DNA of 62,898 bases, filler included, from Octopus bimaculoides (lineage: Eukaryota): the NCBI RefSeq assembly GCF_001194135.2. It is 4 parts of 3 records of this genome, joined end to end, with 100 filler letters (N's around TTAATTAATTAA, not from the genome) between each part and the next. Parts side by side here need not be neighbours in the genome. Positions count along the whole stretch, not along the records: positions 33,821 to 58,285 come from NC_068992.1; positions 58,386 to 62,898 come from NC_069000.1; 2 more parts are not named here. One strand, written 5' to 3'. This document shows, in pieces, positions 54,463 through 62,898 of the stretch; positions within the stretch are counted from its first letter, which is position 1; the number at the start of each line of letters is the position of its first letter. The translations under genes were made by a program, and so were the position numbers. A model generated the notes under the pieces. That model was not told the DNA's origin. It saw only the letters and a list, made by a program, of their open reading frames with translations, and made no database searches.

Positions 54463-54893
54463 TAATAACAACAGCAACAACAACAACAAGAATAATAATG
54501 ATAATAACAGCAACAGCAAAGTCACTAACAATGGACTTGGAATGCATAGTTAAGCGGCGATGCTTGCCAATGTTTTCTGCATAATATGAATCAATGAAAC
54601 AGTTCTGCAGAAATGTTTGGTGTTTGATGTAAAACTAGACGGAATCTCATTGTAATTCTTTCACCTGAAAACTACTGCTTCATCACTTCCTCCTTCTCCA
54701 TCTCTCCCTCTCCGCCCTCGGTGCTTTTCTTTCTCTTTTCACTCCTCTATATTTCTGCATATCTTCGTCTTATTAACATTGATTATCTTCTTTTTCTTTT
54801 ACATCTTCTTCATCTGGTCATTCCGTGTACTTTTGTTCTTCACTAGTATCTTAGTTTATGTTATTATTTCAAACAAGTAAACACAATAAGGAA

Positions 54894-54956
<63 letters not shown>

Positions 54957-55091
54957 CAGCAGCAGCAGCAGCTTCGAATTTTGCCCCAAGGCTAGCAATT
55001 TCGTGTGAAGAGAAAGTTGATTACATCAACCCCAGTTTTCAACTGGTACTTATTCGATCCGATGCGCTAACGTTTCTGCCAGATCGCAGAA

Positions 55092-55140
<49 letters not shown>

Positions 55141-55142
<2 letters not shown>

Positions 55143-55213
55143 CACAACAAAGCGTGGCACATACCCAATGCACATAGAGCACACAGTGAAAGGACGTGAT
55201 GAAAATAAGACTA

Positions 55214-55272
<59 letters not shown>
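55141..55272 (+). mobile_element. R4/Dong 3'UTR-only copy
   Basis: GCACATACCCAA...GTGAAAGGACGTGATGAAAATAAGACTACTG + (AAT)n; (TTA)n immediately upstream. Confidence 0.7.
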
Positions 55273-56058
55273 NNNNNNNNNNNNNNNNNNNNNNNNNNNN
55301 NNNNNNNNNNNNNNNNNNNNNNNNNNNNNNNNNNNNNNNNNNNNNNNNNNNNNNNNNNNNNNNNNNNNNNNNNNNNNNNNNNNNNNNNNNNNNNNNNNNN
55401 NNNNNNNNNNNNNNNNNNNNNNNNNNNNNNNNNNNNNNNNNNNNNNNNNNNNNNNNNNNNNNNNNNNNNNNNNNNNNNNNNNNNNNNNNNNNNNNNNNNN
55501 NNNNNNNNNNNNNNNNNNNNNNNNNNNNNNNNNNNNNNNNNNNNNNNNNNNNNNNNNNNNNNNNNNNNNNNNNNNNNNNNNNNNNNNNNNNNNNNNNNNN
55601 NNNNNNNNNNNNNNNNNNNNNNNNNNNNNNNNNNNNNNNNNNNNNNNNNNNNNNNNNNNNNNNNNNNNNNNNNNNNNNNNNNNNNNNNNNNNNNNNNNNN
55701 NNNNNNNNNNNNNNNNNNNNNNNNNNNNNNNNNNNNNNNNNNNNNNNNNNNNNNNNNNNNNNNNNNNNNNNNNNNNNNNNNNNNNNNNNNNNNNNNNNNN
55801 NNNNNNNNNNNNNNNNNNNNNNNNNNNNNNNNNNNNNNNNNNNNNNNNNNNNNNNNNNNNNNNNNNNNNNNNNNNNNNNNNNNNNNNNNNNNNNNNNNNN
55901 NNNNNNNNNNNNNNNNNNNNNNNNNNNNNNNNNNNNNNNNNNNNNNNNNNNNNNNNNNNNNNNNNNNNNNNNNNNNNNNNNNNNNNNNNNNNNNNNNNNN
56001 NNNNNNNNNNNNNNNNNNNNNNNNNNNNNNNNNNNNNNNNNNNNNNNNNNNNNNNNNN

Positions 56059-56100
<42 letters not shown>

Positions 56101-57242
56101 ATATGCCTGTATGTGTGTGGATTTCTATGTGTCTGTGTCCACCACCACTCCACAACCGGAGTTGGTGTGTGTACGTCCCTGTAACTTAACGGTTCAGCCA
56201 AAACAGGTCGATAGAATAAATACCAGGCCTTAAAAAAAGCAAGATGAGTTCTGGGGGCGATTCATTCCATTAAAAATTCTTCAAGGCAGTGCCCCAGCAC
56301 CGTTGGAGTTTTGATCACTTCAAAGAACTTTCTGGAAACAGTTTGAATTATAATCACCATACTTGGTCAGAATCTAGAAATTGTTGTTTATGCTTTATCT
56401 TGGTTGGCAGAAATTTTATAGAATTTTATAGAAAACTGAGCAAATTTTAAACTAGTTGTAAACTTTCTTCTAGAAATTGTGTTGTTTGTTGCAGTTTCAA
56501 ACCATCTTTACAGTAGCTGCAGGCCTTCTATTTTTACTTGCCAGACGTACGAAGCATCACTGTTTTCTGTCATTTGGAGACCTATTCTCTTTATGTTAGT
56601 CAGAAAAATTGGATATTTCTCTTTCTTTTTTCAGTCGCATGTGGATTTCAGAGCTTCACGAAGAAAAGTAATTTGATTTTTAATCTCCACACCAGCATGG
56701 AATTTCTTTTTCTATGAAGTCACATCCAACACAAAGAGAGAAGCATGACTTCATTTAGTTAACCACATCGTAATTAGAGCTATTTACACAGATCTTTTGA
56801 TTTTAAACTTTGAATGAATGTTCTTGTACACTTCGATTTAAAATCAAGCTAAAAGTACACTTGTTGACATTTAAAAACATAGTTTGCAAACTTCTTTTTA
56901 TAAAGAGCAATTCCAACCAATTCTATCGTGTATTTTCTATAAATACAATTTTTTCAACATTTCTCTATGACGTGAGATATTGCCCCTTAAGGATAAAAGA
57001 TGTAAAATCAAGAAATTTACTGAGTTTAGTTTTCCTTCATAAAATTCTAAAGGCAACTTTGTGGAGCATTAAAAAAAAAAAATTAAAATACCGTTAAAAA
57101 CCCTATGGATAATTTACTGCAGTGTTTGGACAAATAACCTTTTATAATTACATTAAGCTACGTTTCAAATTTACATAAAATATGCTTGCTTCATGTGATG
57201 CTGAGAAGTAAATGTGTACGTGTGTGTACACATAGAGGAGTG

Positions 57243-57280
<38 letters not shown>

Positions 57281-57305
57281 TATATATACATATGTATATA
57301 TATAT

Positions 57306-57338
<33 letters not shown>

Positions 57339-57990
57339 TATATACAAGCATTCATANNNNNNNNNNNNNNNNNNNNNNNNNNNNNNNNNNNNNNNNNNNN
57401 NNNNNNNNNNNNNNNNNNNATATATATATATATATATATACATATACATGCATATATATACGTATATTGTATTTCGAGACTGTCTTTATTTTGCCAAATA
57501 AACACACGCACTATATGTTCGCTCTTCAGTGTTTATTACTGTTCGTTTATTACTGTTCTTATTCTAACACATGTTCATTGCCCGAAAATCTTTTGTCACT
57601 CATCTGTGACCTTTTCAGCGACACTTTCCGGCTTCATGGCTGCTCTTGCTCCACTTATTTCATTCTCTTCTTCTATAATGTGTACCATTATATGCGCATG
57701 AATTTGTGTCCCCTGTTTTTGTGTGTATATTTGTGTGTACATATGTGTGTGTGCGTGTTTGTTTGTCATTGTTCTTAGTAGACAGCCCCATCCCCTCCCT
57801 TCCCCTCATCCTTGGGTGTATGTCTATTAGTATGTCAACGATAGCCCATTCACCCTTTCGGTCATCTGATGTCATCAACAATAATTTTCACCGGATCTAT
57901 GTAAGGGAATCCGCCATGTTTGTTGAGTTTACAGTTGTTGACGGAAACGGAAGGTGGATTTAATACGAAGCTTTATTCAACACACCAATT

Positions 57991-58248
57991 GTTTCGACCC
58001 ATCCTGAAGCTGTCCCATGGGTGTAGGATATTGTGCATCTGGTTGCGTTGCGTCAATCAGTGCAGGCTGTGTCACTTCAAGTGCTTTGTGTAGGAAACGA
58101 TATCCAGGTAGACGTACTGTGATTTCCCTGGCTAGTTGTACATTGGTATGCTGACAAAGCGTAGGATATGTTTGGTGTTGCATCGCCGGTACAACCCCAG
58201 ATGCACAAGATCCGACCCCTATGGGACAGATGCAGGTTGGGTCGAAAC
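57991..58248. mobile_element. 258-bp inverted-repeat element with 52-bp arms
   Basis: 57991-58042 versus the reverse complement of 58197-58248: 45 of 52 identical; termini GTTTCGACCC...GGGTCGAAAC. Confidence 0.7.
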
Positions 58249-58285
58249 CATGTGTGTATATATGTATATATATATATATATATAT

Positions 58286-58385
58286 NNNNNNNNNNNNNNN
58301 NNNNNNNNNNNNNNNNNNNNNNNNNNNNNTTAATTAATTAANNNNNNNNNNNNNNNNNNNNNNNNNNNNNNNNNNNNNNNNNNNN
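58286..58385. other. Artificial 100-bp gap with six-frame-stop linker
   Basis: 44 N + TTAATTAATTAA (58330-58341) + 44 N. Confidence 0.95.
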
Positions 58386-58433
<48 letters not shown>

Positions 58434-59149
58434 ACATATATATACACATATAGATATGTGAGTATCTATCTGTCTATCTCTCTCTCTATATATATACACA
58501 CACTCATATGTGTGTGTGTTTGTGTGCGTGTGTGCGTGTGTGTGTCTGTGTATGTGTGTATGTCTGCATGTATGACTTTTTTAGCAATCGCTTGCATCTG
58601 TTGCTTGTGAGTTTGATTAAATATTCAGGAAAGGTAAATTAACTGCGGAAGGAGTTGGCACACACAAACACACTTAGCACATATGCATATCAATAATCGA
58701 TGATCGATAATATCGTTAAAAAAATACGCATAACACTGCTGAATATGAAGTGTGAGGTGGCATAGCATTTTATCGAAACTAGGTCTTCCAAAGCAGAGAC
58801 GGAATCTCGCTTTTCGCCGCGTCAGGCGCTAGAGGTGTCACGTAGATCACCTTAGTCGAGAAATATTTGCTAAAACAATGTATTTTTGGAGTGCTAACTC
58901 GTGATTGATTGGATTTGACAAGTGATTTGACTAGTTTCATTCGGATAAGTCGATAAGACATGAGATGTTGTGTGGCGTGTTATGGGATGGCGTTGCTGGC
59001 GAATACTAGCAATATGCATGTATGTCTGTCTGTCTGTCTGTAGGTATGTATGTATTTATGCATGTATGTATGTATTTACGTATTTACGTATGTATATGTA
59101 CGCATGTAAGGTATTGAAGCAACCATGTGTAGAAAATTTGTAAATAATC

Positions 59150-60570
59150 TTACACGCGGTTGCTTTATAAATGTTCATATATCCTGTGATTAAACCGCAG
59201 ATCTCTGTCGGTAGAATGAATCACTAAAGACATTTCGGTTGATTATAAATATTTCACCGGTATTGTTTACTTCAGTATCCTGTATAGTTTGTACTCCAAG
59301 TTTAGATCTTCCACTGGAAAAATGCTTCCAGTATTTATTTGCACTTGTAAAAACAGTCATGATTAGTCTTCTACGGAGTGTATTTTTTTCGTTTTTGTAT
59401 TGGTTTGCAAGATTTCTTATGTGAGTACATCGTAAGCTATACACTACATTCTTAACCTTACAGTTAACCTGTGGGTTCATCCTGCATGCAGCAGAATGGT
59501 ACTCAGTACAGGGAGACTTATCAAAGGGATAGGTATAGCAGTCAAAGGATTTTAAAGGGGCACCAATCCTCTCTACTACTTTAATTCGTAGATTAGCCTT
59601 ACTGAAGGATTTTCTGAAAAATTGTTCTAGTTCGCCACCAGGCGTAGCATCAACGAACATGACACTCTGGTATGTGATGTTGTCATACAAAGTGTTGTGC
59701 TTAGTTATCTTATTACTGGTCTTTTCCGTTCTAGGAGTTACTCCTATACAGCGGGCAGATGCCCTTAGCCTGACTCTCTATAATGGTGTTGTACTTAGTC
59801 CTGGCTCCTTTGTACACTCTAATCTTGTCCCTTTGTTTGTATCTAGAGAACTGCATGCGGTGGATGAAGTTTTGTATGTGTCTTTCCAATTCCATAGGGT
59901 CTCACATACGAGACAAATTCCTCATCACTCTCACCAAGTCAGCTATCAGAATGTTGAACATGGCGTTGTCCAATCGCTGTGTTCTTGTGAACAATGTATT
60001 TGAGGCCATGGGTTTGGCATAATGAGAGTGATGGATCTGGACCTTACAGTTCTTCGATTCTAGCTAGAGTTCAGTGTCTAAAATGGATAATCTATAGTTA
60101 GGTTGCTTACTAGGGTAGTCTATCGTTATTTCTATATTCTGATGGATGGAGTTAGATATTTGCTGGATGCTCTCCATAGTGTGGGCTTCTATATCATTAA
60201 CATTGTTTTGTTGGGGCGTTCTGGCTGCTATGTTGATATCATCCACATAGCGAGAGTACACGGTTAGGTTTATGTCTCTTCTAATGTCTCTTTAAGTCTC
60301 CTATCCCACCATACCACAAATAGGTTAGCGACATCGTCAGCAATACTGACACCTACGGCTGCACCTTCCTCTTGGGTGTATATCTTATTATTGAAATTAA
60401 ATATATGATCCTTGAGTGTGGTCTTGGTATTCGCACCCACTGCATGTGCGTCCATATTTTTAACTTGATCATTATTTTCTGGGATCCGTTCCATTTTCTT
60501 AGCCAAAGAAGTTATAGCGGGGGACAGAAACAACTAAGATCATGTTTATCTAAGCAATCATTGTTGCATG
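59150..60570 (-). mobile_element. Penelope-like retroelement (RT plus Cys-rich linker, Neptune-like), pseudogenised
   Basis: FNFNNKIYTQEEGAAVGVSIADDVANLFVVWWD; YSRYVDDINI; DATPGGEL...IKVVERIG; Cys-rich linker to NVVYSLRC. The YIG half of the nuclease motif is missing; frameshifts present. Confidence 0.85.
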
Positions 60571-62103
60571 TCAGTCTCAGAATGGAGTAAGAGGAGCAAG
60601 AACACACGCGAAAATGAAAAGTGTCGTTAAGAGGTCATAGATGTGGAACGAAAGATTTCTGGACAATAATAAAATAATAAACAGTAATAAACGTGCGAAG
60701 AATATTTTCTCCATTTTCCGTTTACCAAATCCATTCACAAAGCTTTGGTCTGCCAGAGGTTATAATAGAAAACGTCTGCCCTAGGTGCTACGCAATGGAA
60801 CTGAACCCCGAACCATGTAGTTGGGAAGTACCATTCCTACCACAAATTGGCTGGTTGAAATTTTTGTGCCATTATATTGTTTCTAGTTCTATATCTGTTA
60901 CCGATTTTTGGCTAATTTTCTTTGGTACTTTATAATTTGAAGTATTCCTATGGACTCTTCATTTTACTCTTCCTGAATCGCCAAACGGAGTTTTGCTCTT
61001 CAACGCTATTCTTAATATCTGTTTACAAGCCTAGCCGTCATCTACCATTTTTCATAGGAATATGTTGTATATATATATATATATATATATATGAATATAA
61101 TGTGCAGCCCTGCAATTGTAATGCAACAGTAATACAACTAAATGCCAGTCAAATTGCTGTAAATAGGCTCGTTGTTTATATGTAATGATACCTAGCGTTA
61201 AACGAATTATAAATTTGCGAAGGCAGAGATTAGAACTCACTTTAAAATGAACTGGCTGGGCAAAAGAAATGTCTTATTTTATTTTCAGGTAGGATTTCAT
61301 ACATCTTCGAAATATTGATTTGTTATTGTTATAATATTTCGAATATATATCTGGTATCGATCCTTTGCTATGCTTGTTTATAGCATAAGTTTCGGTTTAA
61401 GTTTTGGAGTATTTCGTACCGTTGATTATTTTGCCGATGAACCATGTTTTTTCATGGTATTTTGACCTTTTGCCAGAGATTGTTTTCCTACGTTATCATA
61501 TTTGTAGCATTTTATTATTTTGTATGCAGTAGGTTGTTGTCAGTTCTTTTTGTTCACCTCTAATACGTGTCCTGTCTTATCAGCGTACGTAAATGTTTTC
61601 TGAATGAATTATGGCATTAACTGATGCACTCAGACTGTTTTGCATCGTAGTTTTTGTTATTTGTGAATAGTAAGTTTTACATTCTACAAAGACGTCTTTT
61701 ATCTGTATTCAAATGTAGTTGCCTTCGTTACTTTATTGCTATAGCTGTCTATGGTTTCAGAAGGCTTTCAATTGCAGGTTTTTTATTACATTTATTGTGG
61801 CTCAATATTTTTCATGAATGCTTTAACGTAAATTTCCTCTTAGGGATTCCGATTACAATAATAGCAATAAATATTATTGTTAATTCTAATAACAATGAGA
61901 CAAAACTATATTTACAGAGGTTGTGACATATTGGATAACCCCCGACATTCAAGATATCACTGGCTCTTGATTAATCGATACCTAAACTAACGAATTAGCA
62001 ATTTTGATAAAGCAGTGATGCAAACTAGCATTCTGAAGGGATATCGTGAAGGAATAGGAAACATTATGAGTAGAAAATTTAAAATTTTTACCAAACGACG
62101 GCA

Positions 62104-62158
<55 letters not shown>

Positions 62159-62169
62159 TAATAATAATA

Positions 62170-62765
62170 GGCTAAGAAAGAATATTTCCACAGACACGAC
62201 AGAGTTGGGTCCTATATACACTGGAAGCGATTCCAACACTTTGGAATAACAACAGGAAAAAATGGTATTGTCACACGCCAGAAAAGGTCACCGGAAATGA
62301 GAAAGCAACCATACTCTGTGATATATCAAAACACACAGATAGAGGAATTAAGGCCAATGGGCTAGATATGGTTGTCAAAGATCACCAAGTAAAATAATGC
62401 TTTCTAATCGATGTATCAATACAAACAGATAACAATGTTTGTCTAAAAGAAACGGAGAAATTTTCAAAATACAAAAGATCTGGAAATAGAAGTAACTATA
62501 AAGACAGAAACAATTCCTACCATAGTAGGCGCATTAGGTATGATAAAGAAAATATTCAGACAAATACATAACAAAAGCGCCAGGACAAACAAGCATATAT
62601 TACATACAGAAAATTGTACTATTTGGCACCTCACATATCCTACGTAAAATACTTTAAATACAGTAAAAATGAGAGCATCACAAGAAACCACAGCACACAG
62701 ACAAACCAAAGCACACAGAGCTGGGCTCGGTAGTGCAATGAAAGCACGTGATAAAAATAAGACTG

Positions 62766-62814
<49 letters not shown>
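62170..62814 (+). mobile_element. R4/Dong-clade LINE, 5'-truncated
   Basis: AKKEYFHRHDRVGSYIHW...WYCHTPEKVTGNEKATILCD...CFLIDVSI; same 3'UTR (AAGACTGCTG); (AAT)n on both sides. Confidence 0.88.
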
Positions 62815-62819
<5 letters not shown>

Positions 62820-62898
62820 CAAGAAATCAATCTACCTAACAAATACGAAGAAGAAGAAGAAGAAGAAGAAGAAGAAGAAGAAGAAGAAGAAGAAGAAG

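Noticed and set aside
56300-57100. Broken minus-strand frames that look coding
   Set aside because: Many stops and no recognisable motif.

Overview
AT-rich, microsatellite-saturated eukaryotic DNA from a gapped draft assembly. The SINE families, (AT)n/(CA)n/(AAT)n density and TE mix suggest an octopus (coleoid cephalopod); this is inference, not a database result. Almost all ORFs in the supplied track are microsatellite or N-gap artefacts. Supported content: (i) two spliced, phase-compatible coding exons of an unidentified minus-strand gene (9336-9511 and 89-138), inside a CpG-depleted 1-19 kb block that looks like a methylated gene body; (ii) a full-length decayed DD34D mariner with both TIRs and TA TSDs; (iii) fragments of RTE, CR1-like, Penelope-like, Tx1/L1-type ORF1 and R4/Dong (RLE) retroelements, the last always tied to (AAT)n; (iv) many tRNA-derived SINEs, a Helentron-like element and several inverted-repeat elements; (v) a 5x14-bp higher-order satellite; (vi) several hammerhead-ribozyme (HHR) motifs. 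The most unusual object is a minimal type I HHR in the loop of a 354-bp element with ~80-bp terminal inverted repeats (51931-52284). Three 100-bp gaps carry an artificial TTAATTAATTAA linker. No new multi-gene system could be supported.
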